The notes below the pieces were generated by a model, which did no database searches, was not told the DNA's origin, and worked only from the letters and a program-made list of their open reading frames with translations. This document shows, piece after piece, positions 24,717-36,304 of a DNA stretch of 64,000 nucleotides (position 1 is its first letter; every line of letters begins with the position of its first letter). Source of the stretch: Octopus sinensis (lineage: Eukaryota); NCBI RefSeq assembly GCF_006345805.1, contig NC_043011.1, positions 18,922,464-18,986,463 on the forward strand, given 5' to 3'. A program made the translations under genes and the position numbers.

Positions 24717-25088
24717 TTATATTCATATTTATTTGTTTAATAGAAGGTGTCGGAGTGTGAACGTGTAGTGCTATTTCTGTAAAATGTCCTAGGACTGATT
24801 CGTAAATTTATAATAATCACGATATTTTCATATACTTATGAGAGATTGTTATTGTTTCAATCTACATTTTTCTCGTTATCATCTTGCTATCTTACATTTG
24901 GGAGACTGCGTGAATGTGTGCGTGTGCGCGTATATGTTATTGTACAGTGTACAGAAGATGAACTGCAATTAAATCTAGTAAATAACACTTAAGATAATTA
25001 ATTAAATATATATATATATATATATACATATCAATAAAATTAAATCCACACACAAAAGTAACGAAGTTATACAATGTGAGGAAATATG

Positions 25089-25400
25089 TTACTGTTTCTT
25101 TGTTCCTTCTCGAGCCATGCCTTGCTCATAAGGGCCAGTTTCCCGGTTTCTACAGCGTATAGGTTCCTCTCTTGGACGGGACGCTGGTCTGTCGCAGGTG
25201 AGCTGCTAGATGCAGGAGGAAAGAGTGAGAGAATGTTGTGGCGAAAGAGTCAGCAGATGTTCGCCAATAACTTCTGCCGGAGCCGCTTGGAGTTTTAGGT
25301 GTTCCGCTTATAAACACTCACATCGCCCGGTCTGAAATTCGAACCCGCGATGCCGCGACTGTGAGTCCGCTGCTCTAACCACTAGTCCATGTGCCTCCAC
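25089..25400 (-). mobile_element. Full-length tRNA-derived SINE with 12-bp target-site duplication
   Basis: TGAGGAAATATG at 25077-25088 and 25401-25412. Minus head ggaggcacatggactagtggttagagcagcggactc...ggttcgaatttc. Confidence 0.9.
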
Positions 25401-26399
25401 TGAGGAAATATGCAGCGAAATACAATCAATTTGAATCCTTGCTTTTCCACATTTCCTCCTTTATAGGTTTAACTATTCTGTGCCATAAAATGAATAGAAT
25501 GGTTCGTGCTATTGCATTATAGTCAGAATGTCAGTTTACACTGAGATGTCTGAATGAATTGAATGCCGTTGTGTCAACACTTTAAATGGATGACTTGACT
25601 CCAGTTCCGTTGGGGTTATTGTAATACATTCTCGGTTTAATGAATACTACAATACCAATGTGAGTTAAAACGTCTCTCATATTTTGTATATTTTCATGAA
25701 TAGCAATATCTAGATTAATCGGAAATAACGCAACCTGTGTCATGGCTGGAACATAGCTTCAAAAGACCAAAGATCCTTAAATGAGCCGTAAAGCACTGGC
25801 AAGTGGATTTGGAGCAATGGCCGATTGAAGAATTGAACCGTTTATATTTTAGTATTTTCATTCCCAACTTCATCGTTGACAACGATCTTGTTACAGGCTA
25901 AGTGAATCGATATATTTCTGACATAGGAATATTCTAATATCTGCACAGCTTTGGAACTGCTAGCCATACTTTCCTTTCAATATGAAGTACTGTATAACCA
26001 TAATTTCATTCCTCGCACAATGCTGTACTACATGACCTCCCTTTCTGATCATGGATTTACTCAAAGAAGACCCAATGTAACTGGATTTAATTGGACCCCC
26101 AATCATCCTGGAAAAATAAAACGTAATAAATATCATTGATGAGGAAGTTTCTCCAACTGTCTAATCTATATAACACCAATGACGCAATACGCAACTTACA
26201 GAACCTTGCTCGATACGATGTTCCAAAAGCTGGAATATCACAGAAAAACTGTCAGAAACTATTCTTTACTATGTTGTTACCATTCGTTATGTAGCTAAAT
26301 TTAGATCGAATTAAATTAAACTAAATGTCCAAGTAATGCCTTGGCTAATTGTTTGCCTTTATTACTATTTTAACCTAAACTTACTGACTCAAAGGAACC

Positions 26400-26800
26400 G
26401 GCATTTAGCCCTTTGGAAGAGGACAATCGCAAAAATACTTCGACTACTCTTCAAACTGGAATTGTCGGGATGGAACTATTTAAGCACTCAGAACGCATAG
26501 TTATTGGTTCCCGTCATCCTGACGAAAAACTCTTCCTACCCTCACCCACTCTCTCTCTCTCCCACCCTCTATGTCTGTCTCTCTCTCTCTGTCTCACTCT
26601 CTCTCTCGCTCAACAGTCTCAAGTCTAACTGCCCGAAGCTGTAAGGACATCTGGTAACTTCACTGACGAAAGAAGGCCATGAATGACACGTCTTTTTTCC
26701 TGTACCTCTATTTGCTCTTTTTCCTTTCCGCCTTTGTATCGTCTATCTGTACGCTAGTTTTATTGTCACCTATGAGGTTTTTCTTTCAAATTATATATAC
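26400..26800 (+). mobile_element. Probable decayed PLE 3' end
   Basis: 26640-26790 aligns with the reverse complement of 60520-60635. Upstream ERIVIGSRHPDE weakly resembles the last GIY-YIG helix. Confidence 0.4.
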
Positions 26801-26853
26801 ATATTTGTGTGTGTATTTGTGCGGGTATGTGTAAACAGATGTATATGTATATA

Positions 26854-26890
<37 letters not shown>

Positions 26891-26915
26891 TTATTTATGC
26901 AAGTATACATATATG

Positions 26916-26976
<61 letters not shown>

Positions 26977-27292
26977 GATATATAGATGCATATGTGTGTG
27001 TGTGTGTGTGTGTGTGTGTTTATGCATTATATGTGTATACACATGTACACAAGATCGTTAAATCATTGGTTGGATTACCGAGCCGGATTCCGAGTTGTGT
27101 TCTTGATCAATCACTTCATTTTCCTCGACTACACACGGGTAACCTTGTGACGAAATACCCTTCTGATCACGAAAATATTCGCTTGACAGCCGAGCCAACG
27201 GGGCGATGTCATTCGGAAGCTAAAACATGGAAATTGCCTTGTGACCAGCGATGTATACCAAAACCCGATAGTATGTTAGATACCGTAATAAG

Positions 27293-27357
<65 letters not shown>

Positions 27358-27362
27358 ATAAC

Positions 27363-27396
<34 letters not shown>

Positions 27397-27510
27397 GAAT
27401 CTGTATGGGTGGGGGTGTTTGTGCGTACCTATATATATATATTGGTTTCAAATTTTTTCCCGTGATTTCGGTCAGGAATTTCCTAGGAGGAGCTATAAAG
27501 ATTACACGTA

Positions 27511-27562
27511 CAACTGTTACTTATTTTATCGACCACGGAAGAATAAAAGGCAAAGTCGACTT
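27511..27562 (-). mobile_element. Fragment of the 21882 SINE family
   Basis: Reverse complement gtcgactttgccttttattcttccgtggtcgataaaataag matches the central part of 21882-22113. Confidence 0.55.
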
Positions 27563-27804
27563 TTGCAGCAATTTATCTTAGAATATATATTGAAATAGGC
27601 GAGTGTGACGCCGCTGTAGTCATGCGTGAGAGATATATTTGTTTGCTTGCTTCAGTGTATATTTACACAACGTGAATAGCGCAACTTATTTGCAGATAGT
27701 AACTGAAGAATGGCTCCTTTCTGTGTCTGTGCTTCATACGAGACACAGAATAGTTAATACATTTCATAGTTTACCTTTATGGGAGCTTCTCATGCTGTTC
27801 CATG

Positions 27805-27892
<88 letters not shown>

Positions 27893-28140
27893 GTGTGTGT
27901 GTGTGCGTGTGTATGTGTGTGGCTATGTAAGTATGTATGTATGTATATATAATATATACGTAGTAGAATATGTTAGAAAAAGAAAATATAAAATACACCT
28001 GGAAATGTAAGGGGAAAATAAGAAAAATCAACCAAAATGCACATTGTTAAAAAAGAAAGAAAAGGCTTTTTATGAAAGCTAATGACAGATATATATATTT
28101 AGATGGACTGAGGTAGTAATAAAATATGTATATATGTATG

Positions 28141-28217
<77 letters not shown>

Positions 28218-28957
28218 TATATATATATGTATATATATAGAGAGAGAGAGAAATATATATATATATATATACATATATACATGTATGCATGCATATACAT
28301 ACACGTGTGTGTGAGCGCACGCCTATGGCTTGAGTGGTGTGCTTTTTATCAAACTATGTCTTAACGGATAGGTACACAATATAATACAAATACTTTTGTT
28401 GTCACCCATCTTGAACAGTTAAATCGTGTAACAGCATTAATATTTACATGCACAATATTGATGTATTGACAAAATTTCAAATTATTCATTTGGAATTTTG
28501 TGAATGGTTCTAGTTATCACTATAAATAGATTCATTATGATCGAAATGTTTCTTGACCGTTAACCATCCACCTCAATAATGGACGCATAAATTCAATGTA
28601 TGCATTTAAATTGGGATCTACGCAATACATTGGGAAAATAACAACAGGTATTACAAAGCAGAGAGCCCAAAACGAGAGACAGTTTCGTGCGTATCGATGG
28701 GACTCATTGATCTTTTACAAGGAGCAGGCAAACTTCACAATGACATATAAAAGAGAAAAGCCTCTCATTTCACATGTGTGTCCCCAAGTACGGAGAGGAC
28801 ACCTATAGATATTTATTTTGCTTCTGCTATAAATAACAGTATAATCCATCCCAAACCAAAACCAACTCTATTACATTTTAGTAGTAAATCAACTATAATA
28901 TATTTTAATGCAAAACCAAATCTAATACCTTTCGAAGCCCCTGTGTATAATCTATAT

Positions 28958-29183
28958 TCTTTCATTCTTTCATTTTATCAGTCATTTAATTGCGGCCATC
29001 CTGGAGCATCACCCTTAGTCGAACAAATCAATACCTGGACTTACTCTTCGTAATCTTAGTACGTAGTCTATCGGTCTCTTTTGCCAAACAGCTACATTAC
29101 GAGAACAGAAACACACCAGCATCGCTTGTCAAGCGATTGTTGAGGCGGAAAATACAGACACACAAACATCTACACACACACAC

Positions 29184-29253
<70 letters not shown>

Positions 29254-29296
29254 GACGGAATTCTTTCAGTTTTCGCCTGCCAAATCTAGTCTCAAG
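28958..29296 (-). mobile_element. 5'-truncated CORE-type SINE
   Basis: Colinear with 24280-24600, including the internal microsatellite. Confidence 0.8.
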
Positions 29297-29719
29297 ACGA
29301 AGAAACTGAGAAAATCCGTAAAAAAATTTTTAAATACTTGAAATCATTTAACAGAGATATTCATCTGAAATAACCTAGCCATTTCTCACATGGGAAAATG
29401 CGAGCAAGAGTAATAATATTCTTAAGATTATAAGTTTGGAAAATTACAGGACAAATTATTATATCTGGTGAAGTACAGAACAAGAAATTTTTTACTTAAA
29501 GTATTGAATTTATAGATAAAATTTCAAATTAAATATTTAGATTTAGAAAATATTTGCTTTTATTGAAAATAAAAATTTTATTGCAAGTTGTTTTTCGTTT
29601 AGATATTACTTGTTACTTCTATAAATATCTCAAAATATTTTTCCCCTTTCAAAATTCGTTTTCTTTTTTTGTCATTATTAATTAATAATTGCAAATTTGA
29701 AAATAGGTTACAAAAGATA

Positions 29720-31003
29720 TCAGGTCATCCCATAAGTTCTGTCGGATTTTACCTTTTTTTAAGTTGAATGAAATTTAATGGTATTTTAGAATGTCTAATC
29801 GAATTACATTTTATTTTGATGCATTTGTGTACATTTAAACTAAATAAATATTATTTTATAGAATAATAGAATTATTATTTTTTTTTTATTAAATCCCGTT
29901 CTAACATGGAAGTATCCAAAGAGCATTTGGGGCTCATAAAGCTTGAATACAAAAAAGGAAGCTCTGCAGCCGAAGCGACTCGATACACGCACTCAGTTTA
30001 TGGGACAGAATGCTTGAATGAAATAACTTGCAGACAATGGTTTGCGAAATTCAGAAGCAGAGATTTCAGCCTTGAAGATGAAGGTCGAACAGCACATCCA
30101 GTTGAGTTTGATGATAAGCTTCCTGAGGCATTACTTGAAGAAAGTCCTGCATTAGCAGTTGAAGAGTTGGCAATAAAGCTTAGTTCAAACCATACGACTG
30201 TTCATCGTCATCTTCAACAATTTGGAAAATTTCCTAAACTTGAAAAATGTGTGCCTCATGAATTGTCCGAAAGCAACCACAAATCCCGAGTTGACATCTG
30301 CTTTTCTCTACATTCTCGCGAACTCATTGCACCCTTTTTCGATAGACTTGTGACTGGTGACGAAAAATGTATCTTCTATCGAAATGGTAAACGTCGTAAA
30401 CAGTGGCTTAGTAAAAGGGAAAGAGCTCAACCACAACCGAGAAGGGAACTTCATGAGAAAAAGTTTCTTCTCTCTATCTGGTGGGATTGCAAAGGAGTAA
30501 TTCACTTTGAATTGTTAACACCTAATGCAACGATCAATGTTCAAGTCTACTGTCAGCAATTAGAACATTGGAACCAAGCCTTGAAGAAAAATGACTCGCT
30601 TTAGTGAATCGAAAAAGAGTGATATTTTATCAGAACATGGCGTGACCCCACACTGCAAAGATCACATCACAGAAGTTCGAAGAGGTTGGTTGGGAAAAAC
30701 CTCCTCATCTTCCTTATTCTCACGACCATGCTCCTTGAGACTACCACTTGTTTCGTAGTTTACAGAATCCTTTGGTGGACAAAACCTTCGCAAGCATGGA
30801 GGAGGTCGAAACTGACATTTCCGAGTTGTTCGCTTTGAAACCAAAGCGATTTTACATTAATGGGATGAAAACGTTTGTAAATAGATGGAAGAAGTCACAG
30901 ATAATCAGAGAAAGTACATTGAGGATTACGTTTCGATTAAATATAACATTTGATCACTTGTTTCTTTATTCAAAATTCGGACAGAACATATGGGATGGCC
31001 TTA
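29720..31003 (+). mobile_element. Full-length mariner transposon with TIRs, transposase disrupted
   Basis: TIRs TCAGGTCATCCCATAAGTTCTGTCGGA (29720) and TCGGACAGAACATATGGGATGGCCTTA (ends 31003). ORF 29906-30604 has two HTH regions, CVPHEL and VTGDEK; the frameshifted remainder has A*PHTA, PYSHDHAP*DYHLFRSL. Confidence 0.95.
29906..30604 (+). pseudogene. Mariner transposase pseudogene, N-terminal 232 aa open
   Basis: See motifs above; C-terminal catalytic part is out of frame and has stops. Confidence 0.88.
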
Positions 31004-32420
31004 AAATAGTAGTACATAATAAGTTATTACAATAAATTGAATAATACAAAAATTAATTATATATTACAGAAAATCTACCTATAACAACAAATTCACAGTA
31101 AAATTTGCTGGAGTTATTGCCTAACTTATTGCCAAGTCTTCACATTTTTAGTCTTGACCCAATCCCTATTTTTTACATAATGAATTTGCCTACCATATAT
31201 TCTATTCAACTTTGCATAACGCTTTAGCTACATTGGTACTTCTGGCTCTCATTTTTTAATTATTCTTGAGTATCAATATTTTAACAAAATGATGGTACCT
31301 GTTTTAATTATAATGTTACTTTGTAAATTAAAATCAAATAAATTTTAATGTTCAAACTTCATCATTATCTGCAGCTTTTTACGTTAAAATATTCCGAGTT
31401 CTCTACATTACTAGATATAATAAGCTTTGCTGAACTTTTCCACGTGTAATAAGTTGTCGTGTACTTTTATAGGCTTATGATATTAAGAATATTATTTTTC
31501 TTGCACGCATTATTCCATGTAATAAATGTGTTTCAATGCTATGCTATTATGCTAATTAATAATGTGTCAAATGTGTCAATTAGCGGTGTCGTTGATAATT
31601 CTTTCCTTACCTCAATGATGTTGGTGACATATATTAAAACTCCTCTTATAGAACTATATTCATAAAACTATATTATCACCCTCAAATTCGAGAAACAAAT
31701 ACTCATATGCTTTTTTCTTTCAAAGTTTCATTGAATGAGGTTGATACCATGATATTTTTCGAATTCAGTGCAATCATTTAAGCTTAATTAAAATATAGTT
31801 TGCTTTCAAAATAAAAAGGTAATTATACTTAAATCCAATTTTGTGCCTTAGTTATGTTTTTTCGTGATCTTTTACCACACATCATTTTTATACAATTTTT
31901 TACTGCACGGGACCAAAACCATGAACTTCTTCATGCTGTCATCTATCATTAAAGCTAAAATAAATATATTTAACCTTTAAAATAACAAATGTTCTTTAGA
32001 TCTAAACTTGATTGGTTGCATTAATTGCTCTCCTATAACTTTGATGTAAACTTTTTTCTGGACCAAATTTCAATTTTTTTCATGCCTAAATATAGCTAGT
32101 GACCAATTCTCTTCCAAAAAAAAAGGTTTTTAATTTTCTTAAGAAATATATTAGCGATAAGCTCTGAAATATGCTGCATGTGAGTACATTGCGGCATTAA
32201 GAATATTATTTAACTACTACGATACTACTACAGACATCACTAAAGCAGGCGATATGAAATAGCAACAAGAAAACAATAGAAAATTTGTTGCATATAACCA
32301 AATATACTGACTGCAAATATCCAAGTGGTACTGCTTCTACTGACTGACACACCATCAGCTTATGCCAAGATAAACCGTTTTGCTATATACGGCCCTGCCC
32401 AATTAATCTATATATTTCAG

Positions 32421-32690
32421 CTTCTTCTTCTTCTTCTTCTTCTTCTTCTTCTTCTTCTTCTTCTTCTTCTTCTTCTCTTCTTCTTCTTCTTCTTCTTCTT
32501 TTCTTCTTCTTCTTCTCTTCCTCCTCCTCCGTGTTCTTGTCTTCTTTTTTCTATTTCTTCTTCTTACCTTTTACTTCTTCTTTTCCTTCTTCTCCGTTTT
32601 CTTTTGATTTTCTTCTTTTTCTATTTCTTCTTTTCATCACTTCTGTCTTCTCTTCGTTTTCCTCCCCCTCCTCTTTCTCCTTATTCTTAG
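32421..32690. repeat. (CTT)n and degenerate polypyrimidine tract
   Basis: Directly visible. Confidence 0.95.
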
Positions 32691-33149
32691 GTGTATCTAT
32701 CCTCTTCATTTCCCCACCCCAGTAATATCTACCCCACGTACTCAACCCCATATCCACGAATTCAAGTATTCCTTTTTTAAATCCTCCCGACATATGCCTA
32801 AACACAAGCTGTGAAGGACGAATAATGAGAAAACACAGCTCCGATGCACGTCTCTCTAATGTTTTGCAACCGCAAGCATTACCTGAGTTTTCATTTAGAA
32901 TTTTTACATAAACTTACGTTGCAAATAGGGATGGTACGGAAACAATTGTAAGGAATATGTTAAGGCATTTTCTGGGTCTTCTTCTTTTCATTGGATTATT
33001 TACTGTTTGCCAAATCCATTTTAAGTTATTATCGTCGTAAAACTTCGATTTTCTACACCTGATAAATTCCGGCATTGGCCGAGGACCTGAGAGTATTCAG
33101 CTTGAGGGTTTCCCTGGATGTACTATACCTTTACGTGTCACCTGGTCAT

Positions 33150-33266
33150 CGGCTATATATACTCCATATTCCCGTGGACATGTGGCGTAATGGTTAAGAG
33201 CGCAGGCTACTAACCACAAGATTCTGAGTCCTATTTCAGGCAGTGACCTGTATAATAATAATAATG

Positions 33267-33328
<62 letters not shown>

Positions 33329-33500
33329 GATAACATCGAAAAATACCTTAGAAATGAGAACCCAGGTTTAAAATTTCCCCCAAGACACCTGATGAAGTCT
33401 GGTGGGTATATCAGCCGAAACGTAGTATTAACAACAAACAAGATGAGGACAAATACCCGTCAAATTTAAATAACATAAATAATGTAAATGATGTACATAG
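33150..33500 (+). mobile_element. Composite element: TATA-like box, tRNA-like head, (AAT)n, hammerhead-bearing tail
   Basis: TATATATA 33154-33161; A box TGGCGTAATGG 33183-33193; ggctactaacc (tRNA-Asn-like arm); decayed B box near 33226-33237; (AAT)n 33251-33327; HHR 33385-33429. Confidence 0.72.
33385..33429 (+). ncRNA. Minimal type I hammerhead motif
   Basis: gacac CTGATGA a GTCTG-loop-CAGCC GAAAC GTA gtatt. Core intact, palindromic helix III (ACGU), one mismatch each in helix I and helix II. Confidence 0.65.
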
Positions 33501-33653
33501 TTCCTCATCTTTTAAATATAGGAGTGTAAGCTATATATATATATATACATATATATATGGGGGAGAGACAAAGACTAAAGTCTATTTGCCAAAGTAAATT
33601 GGCAGTTTTGGATAGGACGACGTTACTACCTTTTTCAGGAAATTCTACATAAT

Positions 33654-33700
<47 letters not shown>

Positions 33701-33782
33701 ATATATGCATGTATGTATGTATATATATAAATATATATATATATAATGTATATGTATGTATGTATGTATGTACGTGTGTGTG

Positions 33783-33813
<31 letters not shown>

Positions 33814-34383
33814 GATTAAGTATTTGAGTAAATAAAATGTCTGTATATGCAAATATTTTGAAGCAAGTGAAAGGAATTAAAGAGCGGATACTTTTTTTAT
33901 ATGTGGCCCATGTATATGCTGCAATGCATCGAAAATTGTTCCGCTTAATATACGCAATATACCATGGGCAACCAATATTTTTTCCTTTTTTTTATTAAGT
34001 CTATATAGCCTTTGATAGTATGAAATGGTAAAATATTCTTTGCAACCTATCTGTGTTCTATTATTTTCATGATTTGATTTTATTGCCTTTATTTATTTAG
34101 TTATTGGTTTCTTAACACAATATTTAATATAATCTTTCACATATTTCAATAATACCCAATACAACTATACATACATACACATATAAATATATATAAACAT
34201 ACACACATATATATGTGTGTGTGTGCCTGCGTTTTGTCTGTGTGTATGTGTGTGAATGCATATGTAGAGAGAAACACACTGATAGGCAGATTACAGAAGT
34301 GAGGTAAGCGGGTAGATATTTATTCCATCCGTTTACTACTTCACGATATTGATAGTTATATAACAGGTACTACATCAAGAGTA

Positions 34384-34890
34384 GAGGTGCAATGGCCCAG
34401 TGGTAAGGCAGCGGACTCGCGGTTGTAGGATCGCTGTTTCGATTCCCAGACCGGGCATTGTAAGTGTTTATTGAGCGAAAACTCATAAAGCTCCACGAGG
34501 CTCCGGCAGGCGATTGTGGTGAACCCTACTGTACACTTTCACCAGAACCTTCTATCACTCTTTCTTACTGTTTCTGTTGTACCTGTATTTCAAAGGGGCC
34601 AGCCTTGTCACACGATGTGTCACGCTGAATCTCCCCGAGAACTACGTTAAGGGTACACGGATATGTGGAGTGCTCAGCCACTTGCACGTTAATAAATGAG
34701 CTGCGACGTCACTGGTGCCAAGCTGTATCGGCATTTGCCTTTCCCTTTGATAACATCGGTGGCGTGGAGAAGGGAGGCTGGTATGCGTAGGCGACTCCTG
34801 GTCTTCCATAAACAACCTTGCCCAGACTTGTGCCTCGGAGGGTAACTTTCTAGGAGCAATCCCATTGTCATTCATGACCGAAGGGGGTCA
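34384..34890 (+). mobile_element. Full-length tRNA-derived SINE
   Basis: A box TGGCCCAGTGG 34393-34403, B box GTTTCGATTCC 34436-34446; body shared with 3360-3686 and partly with 25089-25400. Confidence 0.88.
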
Positions 34891-36257
34891 CACTACGTTA
34901 ACATTAACATTGTACAGACTTACACAGACTCACACACACACACACATATCCAAGAGTGATGGAAAATATTGGGGGTCTCCTGGATTTTCAAAGCACCATG
35001 ACTTTTTAACTCAAACCCAACCAAAGACAATCTTATTGCTAGGCATGTACATTTACACATTAAACATAATGCCTGATCGTGTTTATTTGTTTCACTATAT
35101 CGGCTCACCAAATTTCCTCTTATAGCCACTCTTTACCTCCCGGAATATTCCTCGATAAATACTTCGGTGTGTAAGTTCAAATCGTTTGGGCACTGCTACA
35201 TGTTTGAACATTACTACTTGTTTTCTGTATTGAGTATCTCTGGATTTCACCCGTCAACTCTCTATATGAATATACGTTTGTGTGAGTTGCTTCTCTTTTT
35301 TCTTCCACTCCTGTTCTTAGTTTTGTTTCACTCCTAATTTTGTAGTTCAACGAAAGGGGACACATGGAATAAGATTCAGGCTTAAAATACTGCCATCGAT
35401 GTGTTCCACTAAACACTTGGACGCTGTGTGCAAGCATCACTACAGTCCAATGGGTGAGACAGTAGACTGCCAGTTTAGCTATTCTATATTCTGACAAAAT
35501 GTATTGAGAAAAGACTGATGGAAAGAATATAGCATTTTTAGGGACATATATAAGAGGATGTCACAGCACAGCTGGAGAGCGTGAAACTTACATTCTTTTG
35601 TTAAACGCTGATATAAGGAAAACAAAATCGACATTCGTGAAGGGGAAAACAGTCCGATATGAAAGTAAGCTTAACAATTGAACGTTTTTCCAATGTACTG
35701 CATTTCGTCAAAAATATAATAATCATGAAATTTCTAATAGAATAAAATTACCACTCTGATTCAAATAGACACTTGATTATAACTGTTAATTACATTACAG
35801 ATAAAGGAAATTGTTGTTTTCCCTCAGGCTAAAATACACAGAAACACGATGACTGACAAATCTTTTCAAAGTAGGTAGATATTTCAAGTTTAAAGAAATG
35901 TCGTGCATGTACATCCTTAGTAGGAAGAAACTCATTTATTTTCGGATGCATTATTAGATTTTTCACTGTTTTATTACCGAAATATTTACAGCCATACTAG
36001 CTATTTTCTGCTAATTCAAATATTCTGTGTTCCTGACAGCTACTTTTTTATTGTAAATATATATCTTACTTTGGAACAAAATCTAATTAGAAACATTAAC
36101 GAGGAGTAATAAATTTATTTCCATCCCAAATGTAGTCTAAGTTATCAATAGAGTTATTTTTAAAAACTATATACATACACGCACAAATACACGCACATAC
36201 ATCATATATGTGTATATGCATGCAGGTATACGTATATATGCACAGATGTATATATAC

Positions 36258-36304
<47 letters not shown>

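Noticed and set aside
26663-26700. CTGACGA as a hammerhead core
   Set aside because: No helix II or GAAA; the homologous position at 60611-60617 lies downstream of the true ribozyme-like site.
34384-34457. tRNA gene (also 33176-33248 and 25330-25400)
   Set aside because: No proper acceptor stem, and the same heads continue into multi-copy SINE bodies.
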